From: Candidatus Woesearchaeota archaeon
GTDB taxonomy: Archaea > Nanobdellota > Nanobdellia > Woesearchaeales > ARS49
Direction of reading: 5' to 3'
Assembly: GCA_016203395.1 (NCBI GenBank)
Contig: JACQMV010000057.1
Span: forward strand, 1 to 56,583
Length of the DNA: 56,583 nt
This document shows positions 9,893-19,214 of the stretch, piece after piece (within the stretch, counting starts at the first letter, position 1; each line of letters starts with the position of its first letter). Both the position numbers and the translations under genes were made by a program. The notes below the pieces were generated by a model. That model did no database searches. It had not been told where the DNA came from and saw only the letters and a list, made by a program, of their open reading frames with translations.

Positions 9893-10355
9893 ACATTTTC
9901 AGATAATCCGGAACATCTTCCGGCTTTACAATAACATGAGGAATTGTGTGCTTGCCAAAATTCTCGTGCTTACGCTCACCATTAACAAGATTCACAAACG
10001 TCGTGTTTTCCAAAAAAATCATTGCATGCGCCACATTAGGAGGAGTAACAACCAAGTCCCCCTGCTGAACAAGATGATGCTCTGACAAACTGTCCTTTTC
10101 AAGAAGGTCCTTAAAAACACTGATGAAACTACCAGAAATAACAAGAACTTTCTGTTCCTGAATCGGATGATAGTGATTTGCGCGAATAATACCCTTCCCA
10201 ATAGAAGTAATCAAGCCAATCCAGTTAACTGGTTCAGGCAAATCATAATTGTAAATAGCGCCGCGAGAATCAATATGCGGATCAGCACCTTTTATGATAA
10301 CTTCCCTGCGAGCCATTACTAATGGCTTAACATTTCCTTTTATAAACATTAGCAT
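9882..10355 (-). CDS. Cupin-fold sugar epimerase / ketoisomerase (RmlC / FdtA / WxcM-C-like)
   Basis: 157 aa. Has DSRGAIYNY...ANHYHP..EQKVLVISGSF, a typical small-cupin nucleotide-sugar isomerase pattern. Confidence 0.55.
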   Translation of the reverse strand: MLMFIKGNVKPLVMARREVIIKGADPHIDSRGAIYNYDLPEPVNWIGLITSIGKGIIRANHYHPIQEQKVLVISGSFISVFKDLLEKDSLSEHHLVQQGDLVVTPPNVAHAMIFLENTTFVNLVNGERKHENFGKHTIPHVIVKPEDVPDYLKMYGK

Positions 10356-10410
10356 ACTGCACTATAAGAATATCAAAGACAGTATTCGTCCATGCTCAAA
10401 ATCCTCTGAA

Positions 10411-10990
10411 CAAATGAAATATTTGCCTTGCAGCCCTTGCTAATTCTTATCTTAAACGAGGTTATAACTTATCAGCGGCCTTGCTAATTATCTTAAATGA
10501 GCACATAATTTATCAGCAGCCCTTGCGCTCTGACTGCTGGTTTAACGCAATTAGCAATTTTATTGACAAAAGCAATACCCTTTGTTGCAGCCGATTGCAA
10601 ACACAACGCAAACAAAAGGTAAGGGCTTGGTGTGACAACAAAACAAGAGCTTTCAAACTACTCATCAAGCCACAAGGGCTGTAGAAAAATAATAACCTCT
10701 TCTTTGGTAAGTAGTGGCAGGTGCAAGCAAATGGTAAGGCAAGTATGACGACAAGAAAAGACACGTTCAAATCATGAGCCAAGCCACAAGTGCTGCAGAA
10801 ACGTAGCATCATCTTACACTTTTATCTTTTTTATGAATAGCTGTAGAAAAATAACAACACCTTCTTTGATATGTGTCAGCAGGTGCGAGAAAAGAACAAA
10901 ACATTCTTTTATACGGATTAACTGCTGGGGAAATGACTATGGCGGCGGAGACAAACATCTGAAAATTAATATACGCTGCTATAGTTGCGT
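10411..10990 (+). repeat. Modular repeat, copy A (U-U-core-T'-halfcore-T-H; composite)
   Basis: The U units start at ~10431 and ~10477. The core is 10517-10681, bounded by CAGCCCTTGCG / CACAAGGGCTG. A second partial core plus tail follows at 10682-10900. Hairpin H is 10937-10984. Confidence 0.9.
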
Positions 10991-11045
10991 AGAGTAAACG
11001 CCAATTCTGAATTAGTAGTAGAGTGGCACTGGAAATCAACAACAT
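10809..11045 (-). CDS. Candidate small protein (78 aa) encoded inside the T-H tail of repeat copy A
   Basis: It is homologous over 57 codons to 52972..53181. The 15 substitutions between the two fall 5/0/10 on codon positions 1/2/3, with no indels. The frame is not intact in copies B, C and D. Confidence 0.3.
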   Translation of the reverse strand: MLLISSATLLLIQNWRLLYATIAAYINFQMFVSAAIVISPAVNPYKRMFCSFLAPADTYQRRCCYFSTAIHKKDKSVR

Positions 11046-11074
11046 TTTTAAGCAAAGTATAGGATAATCAGAGA

Positions 11075-11809
11075 ATGAACTGCATAGTGCTGGCAGCAGG
11101 ATATGGAACAAGACTGCTCAAGGACTTAACAAGCGAATACGCATACCTGCAGGAATACCCAAAAGCACTTTTACCATTAGGAAAAACATGCCTGCTTGAC
11201 AAGCTACTAGAATGGCTCCCAAAAACTATACACAAAAAACTTCTAGTAACAAATGACAAATACTATGACAAATTTACAAAACACCTGCAAGGAAAGAATT
11301 TCACAATAATCAACGACAAAACAAAAACCCCTGAAACAAGAAAAGGGGCAATAGGCGACTTATTACTTGCATTAGACCAAATGGGCGAAGAAGACTTCGT
11401 GCTGCTTGCATCAGATATGATGCTGTATGCAACATTTGAAGAAATGAACGACATATTTGAGAGCAGAAATGCAAATGTGCAGTTATCCTATGTTGAACAC
11501 ACTGACAGAATAAAACAAAAAGGCGTGCTGGAGCTTGACCCACAGAACAAAATAACCGGCTTTGAAGAAAAACCACAGATCCCAAAAACAAGAAACGCAT
11601 CCACACCTGTGTATTTCATAAAAAAAGATACAATACCTTACATCAGACAATATGCCCGAGAACATCCTGACAAACTAGACAGGCCCGGAGATATGATGGG
11701 ATACCTGGTTAAGCACACAACATGGTATGCCATAGTTTCAAAAAACCAGCCATATGACATTGTAGGACTAGACAGCTACAAAGAACTTCTCAGGGCATTC
11801 CAAAAATAA
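11075..11809 (+). CDS. Sugar-1-phosphate nucleotidyltransferase
   Basis: 244 aa. The N-terminal IVLAAGYGTRL matches the GxGTR(L/F) NTP-transferase signature. Confidence 0.8.
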   Translation: MNCIVLAAGYGTRLLKDLTSEYAYLQEYPKALLPLGKTCLLDKLLEWLPKTIHKKLLVTNDKYYDKFTKHLQGKNFTIINDKTKTPETRKGAIGDLLLALDQMGEEDFVLLASDMMLYATFEEMNDIFESRNANVQLSYVEHTDRIKQKGVLELDPQNKITGFEEKPQIPKTRNASTPVYFIKKDTIPYIRQYAREHPDKLDRPGDMMGYLVKHTTWYAIVSKNQPYDIVGLDSYKELLRAFQK

Positions 11810-12743
11810 TTTTATTACCTGAAGCAATCAGTTCTTTCACTAAAAAACTACCTTTTTCAGCACCGTGCCTTGCAAAAACATCAAGAATCCATGCAGAAAT
11901 ACCATTATCAATCAAGTTATAATCAATCGGCTTCTTTGAGCCAGAAGTATTTACTTTTCCATTAGAAATAAAAATCTCTTTTTCAGGATTCACAATCGCC
12001 TCAAGCTTTTTACACATAAACAAAGCAAATTCAGCAACATCATCTTTCAAATAAATAAGGTGGTCGTGCTCTTTATTCCCTGAGGCAGTCCACATCCTCT
12101 CAACATACTCGCGCGAATGAACCAGCGCAGTGTGGACAACAGCACAACTCAAGAAAGAATGCGAATCATCAAACGAAATGCCAACAAAGTGAGACCGTCC
12201 CGGACGAAAAACACCCAGCTCCTCACGAGTTTCCTCAGCAGTGTGCACTGCAAAATAGTTAGGACATGGAGAAGTATCAAAATCACAAAATCCTGCAGGA
12301 GAAAGATATCTTCCACTAAGATGGTTACCTGTGCGAAAACCAAAAACCTGCCAGCCATCATTGGTTATTGTAGGAATAATTGTTGAAAAAAGATTAAAAC
12401 CCGGCTGCAAAGGAATTGCCTGCTTATACAATAAATTTCTGTAAGTAACATAAGAAGCATGACGGGCATAGCTTGCCACAATCACTAATTTATTACCATC
12501 ACAAACAAACCTGTCAAGATGCAAATTCTTCCTATTAACTAATTTCCCAGAAGCAATATCCTCCTCAACCTGCGCCTCAACCTTATCAAAAGCATCCTTG
12601 CTTGCTTTAGAAAAGTCAGGTCTACGCTCAACATCTGAGTATTCCAAAACAACATTCTCTAAAGGAACAGGCGCCGATGGTTTAAACACAACATAAATGC
12701 TCATCTTCCAACTATTTATGACGTGTTTAAAAACTTTTCGCAC
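11790..12743 (-). CDS. Hypothetical protein, possibly degenerate Nudix fold
   Basis: 317 aa. Has a Nudix-box-like remnant in SPAGFCDFD...HTAEETREELGV. It is a distant architectural paralog of 6744..7613. Confidence 0.4.
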   Translation of the reverse strand: MRKVFKHVINSWKMSIYVVFKPSAPVPLENVVLEYSDVERRPDFSKASKDAFDKVEAQVEEDIASGKLVNRKNLHLDRFVCDGNKLVIVASYARHASYVTYRNLLYKQAIPLQPGFNLFSTIIPTITNDGWQVFGFRTGNHLSGRYLSPAGFCDFDTSPCPNYFAVHTAEETREELGVFRPGRSHFVGISFDDSHSFLSCAVVHTALVHSREYVERMWTASGNKEHDHLIYLKDDVAEFALFMCKKLEAIVNPEKEIFISNGKVNTSGSKKPIDYNLIDNGISAWILDVFARHGAEKGSFLVKELIASGNKIIFGMP

Positions 12744-13696
12744 GCCTGCAAAACTAATTCCGGAGACATAGCCATAATTTTATTATGCACAATTAAAGAA
12801 TTTTTATCCTCATAACCCCATTCATCAGGATTCTCAGGACCAAACAACGTAATTAATGGGGCATTAACAGCATGAGCAATATGCGCACTGCCTGAATCAA
12901 CAGAGACAACAAGAACTGCATTTTTCAAAACAGAAGCCAGCTGAGAAAGATTTGTTTTTCCTGACAGATTAACCTCAGTATTAATATCACTAACAAATCC
13001 AGAACCAGTAAGAACCACCGGAGCATACTTCCTGAGCATGAAAGCAAGAGCATTCCAGTTGCTAACACTCCACTCCTTAGCCACTTTTGTCGTTTCGGGA
13101 GCAATAACAATATATCTTTTAGGAAGCGTTTTCACAATAGCCGCATCAAAAGAATACCATACTGTCTTTTCATCAGCAGAACAACCAACAGCACCGGCTA
13201 AAGAAAGAAGCTTTGAAACAACCCTGCCGTCATCCTTTACACGCTTATTAAGTAAAAAACCAAAACCACGGCTGCCAAACCCAACAACATACCTGCCAAT
13301 AAAAAAAGAAAGCAATACATTACGAGGATCACCATGTGGCTCTATAACCAAATCAAACCTTCTTCTGAAAACAGAAAAAAACTCCTTCAAAGAACCGCCG
13401 CCTGAAAAATAAGGAGGGCGTATCCTTACAACCTCATCAACAAAAGGATTCTTTTCCAAAGCAGCTGCACACGAAGGACGGATAATCACTGTTAGTTTAG
13501 AGTTTGGAAATCCACTTTTCAAAGCACGAAATAATGGCGTTGACATAATAACATCTCCAAGCTGCTCAAGACGAATAACCGCAATAGTTCCGGGCCGCTT
13601 AAAATGAATAAAGCGAAGCCACCAGAAAAAAAAGTAACCAACAATATCCAAAACACACAAAAAAGGCCAGTAATAAATCTTTGTTTTGTACATCAT
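12716..13696 (-). CDS. Glycosyltransferase family 9 (heptosyltransferase-like)
   Basis: 326 aa. Has IAVIRLEQLGDVIMSTPLFRALK and VDSGSAHIAHAVNAPLITLFGP, both GT9 hallmarks. Confidence 0.8.
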   Translation of the reverse strand: MMYKTKIYYWPFLCVLDIVGYFFFWWLRFIHFKRPGTIAVIRLEQLGDVIMSTPLFRALKSGFPNSKLTVIIRPSCAAALEKNPFVDEVVRIRPPYFSGGGSLKEFFSVFRRRFDLVIEPHGDPRNVLLSFFIGRYVVGFGSRGFGFLLNKRVKDDGRVVSKLLSLAGAVGCSADEKTVWYSFDAAIVKTLPKRYIVIAPETTKVAKEWSVSNWNALAFMLRKYAPVVLTGSGFVSDINTEVNLSGKTNLSQLASVLKNAVLVVSVDSGSAHIAHAVNAPLITLFGPENPDEWGYEDKNSLIVHNKIMAMSPELVLQACEKFLNTS

Positions 13697-14931
13697 GAGC
13701 GCAACCGCAATATTGTAATAACTGCAAAAACATACGTTATAACTACCCTTGATATTATAATTGCAACAATACTATTAGTGAAAAAAGCAGTGATTGCCAA
13801 AGCAGCAATAGCAATAGCATGATAGCTATTAACATACCAAGCGTATGTTTTATTCCTGTTACGAGCAAGAAGCCAAGAACCACACAGCCGAAAAACAAAC
13901 AAAGCAGGCAGAATCAAAACATAAAACTGCGAGGGAATAACACTGTCAACATACTTCTCACCAAACACCAAAGGAATCAAAAAAGGAAGCATAAAAAACA
14001 AGAGAACAACGCCACCAACAAATGCGAAAACAAGCCAGCCCCTTTTCAATTTAGACCACAAAGAGGGCTTATCAGTTTTTGAGAGCTTAGCAAAAGCCAC
14101 ACTATTCAGCGTATTCACAAAAGCATCAGCAGTATCAGGAATAAGCAAACTAATAGTATAAACTGCAAGATCTGACAACCCGAGCAAATAACTAATAATG
14201 AGCTTATCTGCCTGCATCAACAATTTAGTGCCACTCTGAATCAAAGTAAGCTGAAAACCATTCTTTGCGATAGCGCCAATTGAAGAATTAATCTTAATCT
14301 TCAGCCGAAAATACGCTAACAAAACAAGATTAGACAAAGCAACAGACCCAACATAAACAAGACCTATCAAAGGCGCAGGCAGTTTTGTCAACAATGCAAC
14401 AATCAAAGCAACAACAAGAACCGTCCTGTCAAACGTCTGAAAGAAAAAAGAACTTGAAAAAAACTCTTTTGCATTAAGAAATGAAGACAAAGCACTAGTA
14501 ATTGAGATAAAAGGAAAAAAAACTGCTGAAACCAAAAAAACAAAAGCAAACAAGGAATCCTTTCTTGCCAAAAGAAAGTATGCGGCAACAGCAACAAGCG
14601 CAACAGAACCAAACATACTTGTTTTCAACCGCAAAGAAACCGCTTTATTCAGACTGCCTTCATTCCCCTTAGTGACTTCCTGCATGATTGCAGGATGAAG
14701 ACCGGGCAAAGCAGTGATTGCTAAAGCACTTATGATTGCAATAATAAACTGGTATTGACCAAAAGCAACCTTTTCCAAAAGCCGTGCAAACAAGATTGAC
14801 AACAAAAGTCCAGTAACCATAATATACGCCTGGAGAAGTATCATCCAAAAACCGCCTTTAGCAAAATACTCAATATCCAAGCCAGTGAGCCGCCTACCGA
14901 AATCAATCAAGCCCTGCATGCCTTTCTCCAC
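13693..14931 (-). CDS. Polysaccharide/oligosaccharide flippase (MOP/Wzx-like)
   Basis: 412 aa, hydrophobic throughout (about 12 helices by eye), embedded between GT genes. It has an ATGA overlap with the downstream GT9. Confidence 0.6.
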   Translation of the reverse strand: MEKGMQGLIDFGRRLTGLDIEYFAKGGFWMILLQAYIMVTGLLLSILFARLLEKVAFGQYQFIIAIISALAITALPGLHPAIMQEVTKGNEGSLNKAVSLRLKTSMFGSVALVAVAAYFLLARKDSLFAFVFLVSAVFFPFISITSALSSFLNAKEFFSSSFFFQTFDRTVLVVALIVALLTKLPAPLIGLVYVGSVALSNLVLLAYFRLKIKINSSIGAIAKNGFQLTLIQSGTKLLMQADKLIISYLLGLSDLAVYTISLLIPDTADAFVNTLNSVAFAKLSKTDKPSLWSKLKRGWLVFAFVGGVVLLFFMLPFLIPLVFGEKYVDSVIPSQFYVLILPALFVFRLCGSWLLARNRNKTYAWYVNSYHAIAIAALAITAFFTNSIVAIIISRVVITYVFAVITILRLRS

Positions 14932-15908
14932 ATTTCAACAACATCCTCAACAGAAACCTTATTAATGTTTTTCTTTGCTTCATCAGAATACACTGCAAAA
15001 GTCTCTTCCTTATCAAGAACCATAGCATTCCAGACATAAAACGAGCCAGGAGGTGCTTTTCTTACAGGATCTGTAGGACCGAATATTGCAGCAACACAAC
15101 AACCAACAGCAGAAGCAATATGCATTAACCCAGAATCATTAGTAATAAGGACTTTACAATGCTTGAGCACAGCAGCAGCATCTCTTAAAGAATACTTGCC
15201 CACAAGATTAACAACCTTACTATTCCGTGAGATATATTCCGCGTAAGAAACATCATCACGACCACCAACAAGAACTACCTTTGATGATTTCGCAACCTCT
15301 TTTGCTACCAAAGCAAAACGCTCAACAGGCCACCTTCTTGATGCCATATCCTGACCGGGATTTTTAGCCCCTCCAGCAGCTATTGCAGTTGCACCAATAA
15401 TCCTGTATTTGTAAGCAATTTCACGACCTGCCTGCAATTCCTTAGCAGACAAATAAAGCCGCATCTTTTCATCAGAACGAGGACAACCAACTGCGCGAGC
15501 AAGAGCAACATATTGCTTAATCTCATGAATCCTACTGCCATAATGAACTTTAACAGAATGAAAAACACCTTCACCATTCCTGTCAAAACCAATACGTTTA
15601 GGTATGCCTCCAAGCCAGCCAACCAAACCAAAAACCCAATGCCTGTCAAGCACGAAAATCAGATCATACCTTTCCTTTCTCAAACGATATATTAAGCCGG
15701 GAAGCTTCCAAAAATGCTTTCTGTAAAAAATACGCTCATCAAAAGCAATAACATTAATTCCTGGAAAATTATCAAGAATGCACGCAAAACTACTGCCTAG
15801 CCAATAATCAATCCTTGCAGAGGGAAAACCCTTTTTCAAAGAAGCAAGAAAAGGAGTAGACATTAAAACATCACCGAAAGCACCAATCTTTAAAACCGCA
15901 ATCTTCAT
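14907..15908 (-). CDS. Glycosyltransferase family 9 (heptosyltransferase-like)
   Basis: 333 aa. Has KIAVLKIGAFGDVLMSTPFLASLK and NDSGLMHIASAVGCCVAAIFGPTDP. Confidence 0.8.
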   Translation of the reverse strand: MKIAVLKIGAFGDVLMSTPFLASLKKGFPSARIDYWLGSSFACILDNFPGINVIAFDERIFYRKHFWKLPGLIYRLRKERYDLIFVLDRHWVFGLVGWLGGIPKRIGFDRNGEGVFHSVKVHYGSRIHEIKQYVALARAVGCPRSDEKMRLYLSAKELQAGREIAYKYRIIGATAIAAGGAKNPGQDMASRRWPVERFALVAKEVAKSSKVVLVGGRDDVSYAEYISRNSKVVNLVGKYSLRDAAAVLKHCKVLITNDSGLMHIASAVGCCVAAIFGPTDPVRKAPPGSFYVWNAMVLDKEETFAVYSDEAKKNINKVSVEDVVEMWRKACRA

Positions 15909-16930
15909 AAAATCCTCCTAAGAACAGAAAAAACATCGTCAACACTTATCCTTGACATGTGATTATGATGAGAACAATCAATTATCCCTTTATGAACGTT
16001 AATACACGGACGCTTGTAAACCGGTTTATAAACAAAAAAATTATTCTTACCAAAAGGCGCAAACCTTACAGGCGTGTTGGGACAAAAAAGACCAACAGTC
16101 GGAACACCTTGAGCAGCAGCAATATGCATTGTTCCTGTATCGCAAGCAACAAAAGCACAAAAACGCGCCACCAAACAAAAGAATTCCTTAAGAGATGTCC
16201 TACCAGCTAAATTCTGTGCACTATTCTTCATTTGGCCGGTAATCTCAAAAACCATATTACTGTCCTCTTTAGAACCAACAAAGCACACATCAAAACCATA
16301 ATCAACAAGCATGTCTGCTAACACTGCCCATTTGCCAACAGGCCACAATCTAGACCTGCCAGATTCAGCAACACCTGGTGCAAGACCAATAATCCTTTCT
16401 TTTTTAGGAAAACTATTGCAAGAAAGCTTCACAAGCGCTTTCGGCTTTGCAACAACACCCAAAGGAAAAACCAAATCACAATACGTCAAAACCACATGCT
16501 GAACATCATTATACTTTACTTTCTCATCATATAATATCGCTCTAATGCCATGAGAAAAACCAATAACATACCTGCCTAAAATTCTGCAAAATAAGGCAGA
16601 CAGGTTCATGTAAGGTTCACCATCAACACAAACATCAAACCAAAACAAATATTTGCCCCACTCAAGAGGATGCTCAAATAAAACAACCTTATCAATAAAC
16701 TTCTGCTCAAAAACAGGAGCATTGCGCCTCCTGCAAAATACTGTAATACTAAAACCTCTATCATGTAGTTCCTTCAAAGCAGGCAGTGTTAGAACACTTT
16801 CACCAATCGCCCAAAGCTTAACAAACAAAATATTCCTGCAACTGGATTTATGAGAAAAAAGCCGAATAGGAAAAAACAAAACTACAAGAAAAGTGCCAAT
16901 AAGCCAGTCAATAAACCTCTGAGCATTCAT
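15905..16930 (-). CDS. Glycosyltransferase family 9 (heptosyltransferase-like)
   Basis: 341 aa. Has LFVKLWAIGESVLTLPALKEL and CDTGTMHIAAAQGVPTVGLFCPNTP. Confidence 0.75.
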   Translation of the reverse strand: MNAQRFIDWLIGTFLVVLFFPIRLFSHKSSCRNILFVKLWAIGESVLTLPALKELHDRGFSITVFCRRRNAPVFEQKFIDKVVLFEHPLEWGKYLFWFDVCVDGEPYMNLSALFCRILGRYVIGFSHGIRAILYDEKVKYNDVQHVVLTYCDLVFPLGVVAKPKALVKLSCNSFPKKERIIGLAPGVAESGRSRLWPVGKWAVLADMLVDYGFDVCFVGSKEDSNMVFEITGQMKNSAQNLAGRTSLKEFFCLVARFCAFVACDTGTMHIAAAQGVPTVGLFCPNTPVRFAPFGKNNFFVYKPVYKRPCINVHKGIIDCSHHNHMSRISVDDVFSVLRRIL

Positions 16931-17268
16931 TTTCTCTTTGCAAGTCCTCTAACAACCTTTGTAAGTGCCTGCTCCATCTTTTCAAAACGAACATACATCC
17001 TGAAAACAAGATAAAACAAAAGAGTAATCCCACCATACACAAAAATATCCACTCCTCGCTGTATGCCAATCCTGGCTGACAACAAAAACGTGTATTCAGG
17101 GAATAATGACAAAAGAATCAAAATAATCCACGTAACAGACCAAAACAAAAATTCCCCAAGAGAAACCTCCTTGTCTTTCCAGCGCAAAAATGCCCTTGAA
17201 AAAGCAAACAAAGCAAACAAAACTGCAACTATCTGAACAACTTTAATCATTGGAACAGCTTCCTCCAC
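16927..17268 (-). CDS. Small 4-TM membrane protein (DUF2304-like GT2 partner)
   Basis: 113 aa with four hydrophobic segments. It lies directly downstream of, and overlaps, a GT2 gene, as DUF2304 genes commonly do. Confidence 0.4.
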   Translation of the reverse strand: MEEAVPMIKVVQIVAVLFALFAFSRAFLRWKDKEVSLGEFLFWSVTWIILILLSLFPEYTFLLSARIGIQRGVDIFVYGGITLLFYLVFRMYVRFEKMEQALTKVVRGLAKRK

Positions 17269-17912
17269 AACATATCAAACAACACCTTCAATGCCTGCGC
17301 ATAAGAACCATGACCCTTTCTTGAATGAGAATATTTAACAACAACAGGAACCTCAACAAATCGCAGATTATTCTTTTTCACCCAATCAACAATTTCAGAA
17401 GCATGTCCCATCCTGTCAGAAAGAATATTCAAGCCAATAGCTGCTTTTCTTGAAAACGCCCTAAAACCATTATGCGCATCAGTCATCCTAACCCTATAAA
17501 AAACCCAAACAACAAAAATACTGCCAAACAACAAAAGTCTGCGCAACAAAGGAACTTTTGAATGCCCTAAAAATCTTGAGCCAAAAACAACATCAGCACT
17601 ACCTTCTTTAATAGGAGCAACAACTGCTTTAATATCTTCAATGCGATGCTGACCATCTGCATCAAAAGTAACAATAATATCCGCACCCTGCTCTAAAGCA
17701 TGTTCAACACCTGTCTGCAACGCAGCACCCTGCCCACGATTAATAGAATGAATCAAAACAATCGCGCCGGAATTTTCTGCCTCTTTAAACGTATTGTCTC
17801 TGCTGCCATCATCAACTACAATCACATTCTTGTAGCCAAAAGAAAGCAAAGAACTAACTACTTTTGCAATATTCGCTTCTTCATTATATGCAGCAATAAC
17901 GACCCAGACCAT
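17247..17912 (-). CDS. Glycosyltransferase family 2 (polyprenyl-phosphate glycosyltransferase type)
   Basis: 221 aa. Has VVIAAYNEEANI, VVDDGSRDNT and FDADGQH. Confidence 0.85.
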   Translation of the reverse strand: MVWVVIAAYNEEANIAKVVSSLLSFGYKNVIVVDDGSRDNTFKEAENSGAIVLIHSINRGQGAALQTGVEHALEQGADIIVTFDADGQHRIEDIKAVVAPIKEGSADVVFGSRFLGHSKVPLLRRLLLFGSIFVVWVFYRVRMTDAHNGFRAFSRKAAIGLNILSDRMGHASEIVDWVKKNNLRFVEVPVVVKYSHSRKGHGSYAQALKVLFDMLWRKLFQ

Positions 17913-17968
17913 ACGCGAAAGATAAAATCAGTGCTTATAAATGTGACGAACACACGGTCCTATATTTA

Positions 17969-18316
17969 CTACGCAACAGCGTTTTCTCCCTTCTTTAACA
18001 AGCGGACAATAATATGACACTTGCTGGAAACAGTATTGACAGAAGGAATATCTTCCTGCTTCTCAAATTCTTTCTCAAGCCAATCAACATGCTCCTGAAT
18101 TTCTTTCATGATGCCCCTGTCAAGCTTCAACTTAGATAGTTCTTCTTCTATTTTAGGAAAAACAATTACCAACACCTTTGACATGACAGTCTCAGCAGCT
18201 TTCCGCACAGCAGCAATACCCTGCTTTCCAAAATTACGAGAGCAAACAGTATCAATAATTTCAGCAGACTGCTCAAGCTGAGCAAGCAAGGAAATTAATT
18301 CAGCTGTTTCAGCCAT
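17969..18316 (-). CDS. Hypothetical helical protein
   Basis: The ORF is open to 18340, but the ATG at 18316 (MAETAEL...) sits 28 nt downstream of a TATA box. No motif recognised. Confidence 0.45.
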   Translation of the reverse strand: MAETAELISLLAQLEQSAEIIDTVCSRNFGKQGIAAVRKAAETVMSKVLVIVFPKIEEELSKLKLDRGIMKEIQEHVDWLEKEFEKQEDIPSVNTVSSKCHIIVRLLKKGENAVA

Positions 18317-18340
18317 GAACCAAGTTTTGTACAAAACCAC

Positions 18341-18347
18341 TATATAA
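18341..18347 (-). promoter_or_regulatory. Candidate TATA box for 17969..18316 (leaderless-type spacing)
   Basis: TTATATA on the minus strand, centred ~28 nt upstream of the ATG at 18316 and immediately next to hairpin H of repeat copy B. Confidence 0.4.
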
Positions 18348-18360
18348 CCCTTGCTAAAAA

Positions 18361-18670
18361 TACACGATAGTGGCGGAGGCAGGTATCTGAGAATTAATGT
18401 TCGCTGTTATAATTAAGTAAGTTAGTCTTAAATGTGGCTATACTTTATCAGCAGTTCAGGATAATCCTTATCTTAAATGCGGTCATAATTTATTAACAGG
18501 TCATGCGCTCTGACTGTGAGTTTTAACGCAATTAGCAGTTTTATTGACAGGAGCAATACAATTTGTTGCAAATAATTGCAAACACGATGCAAACACATGG
18601 TACGGGCTTGATGTGACAACAAAACAAGAAACCGAATCAGGAGTCAAGCCACGAGCGTTGCGGAAAAATA
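18361..18670 (+). repeat. Modular repeat, copy B (H-U-U-core; diverged)
   Basis: Hairpin H is 18365-18412, the two U units are 18413-18498, and the core is ~18497-18662. The terminal inverted repeat is decayed in this copy. Confidence 0.85.
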
Positions 18671-18762
18671 TCTGCACAAGCTACATTGCTTATGAATATT
18701 ATTAGCAGACGCTTGGAAAGAGAGGCATATTCCTTGGTAGTTTTTAATCAAGCACGAGTAGA

Positions 18763-19173
18763 TTGACAGCGCAAATGTTCCTGAAAGTTTATATACTAAA
18801 CGCATCTTTTAGACTGATGAGTGATTACAAACGCTTTAGGGTTAATTTAACTACAGGAATTATGTGGGGGGTTATTTCGTATACTTTTTTTACCAGTATG
18901 GGACTGGTTAGTTCATTGAGGCGAAATTCATTGCAGAATGTCACAATACTTAATCAAGCAATACAGATATATAAGTATCAGTGCGAGAATACAGCAAAAG
19001 ATAAAACTATTAGGCAGCTGCGTGAAGAAATGTTGCGGAAGGATCAGATTATTGAGAATTTTAGGGATAATCAAAACAATGCCGGTCAAGAGTCTCAGAA
19101 TTTTGTGGATGATCCGTGCGTTATTAATCCTCTTAATCTGAACCCTCTGCGCAGTATTGATGATAAAATCTGA
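18763..19173 (+). CDS. Hypothetical protein with one hydrophobic segment
   Basis: 136-aa ORF opening with TTG; ATG alternatives at 18775 and 18817. Has a TM-like GIMWGVISYTFFTSMGLV followed by a polar tail. Confidence 0.3.
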   Translation: MTAQMFLKVYILNASFRLMSDYKRFRVNLTTGIMWGVISYTFFTSMGLVSSLRRNSLQNVTILNQAIQIYKYQCENTAKDKTIRQLREEMLRKDQIIENFRDNQNNAGQESQNFVDDPCVINPLNLNPLRSIDDKI

Positions 19174-19214
19174 ATACCGTCATCTTTTTAAATAAGGACA
19201 GTGCTTGTTTTGTG

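Noticed and set aside
10513-10812. 99-aa ORF (and the 70-aa ORF 56211..56423) running antisense through the repeat core
   Set aside because: The reading frame is not preserved between copies: there are indels, and stop codons appear in C and D (for example ...CTCATGACAAT). The local peptide similarity simply follows nucleotide conservation.
10411-10990. Repeat units plus AT-rich DNA considered as a replication origin (ORB/iteron-like)
   Set aside because: There are six dispersed copies in 56 kb. No orc1/cdc6 or rep gene is adjacent, and there is no obvious unwinding element flanked by inverted boxes.
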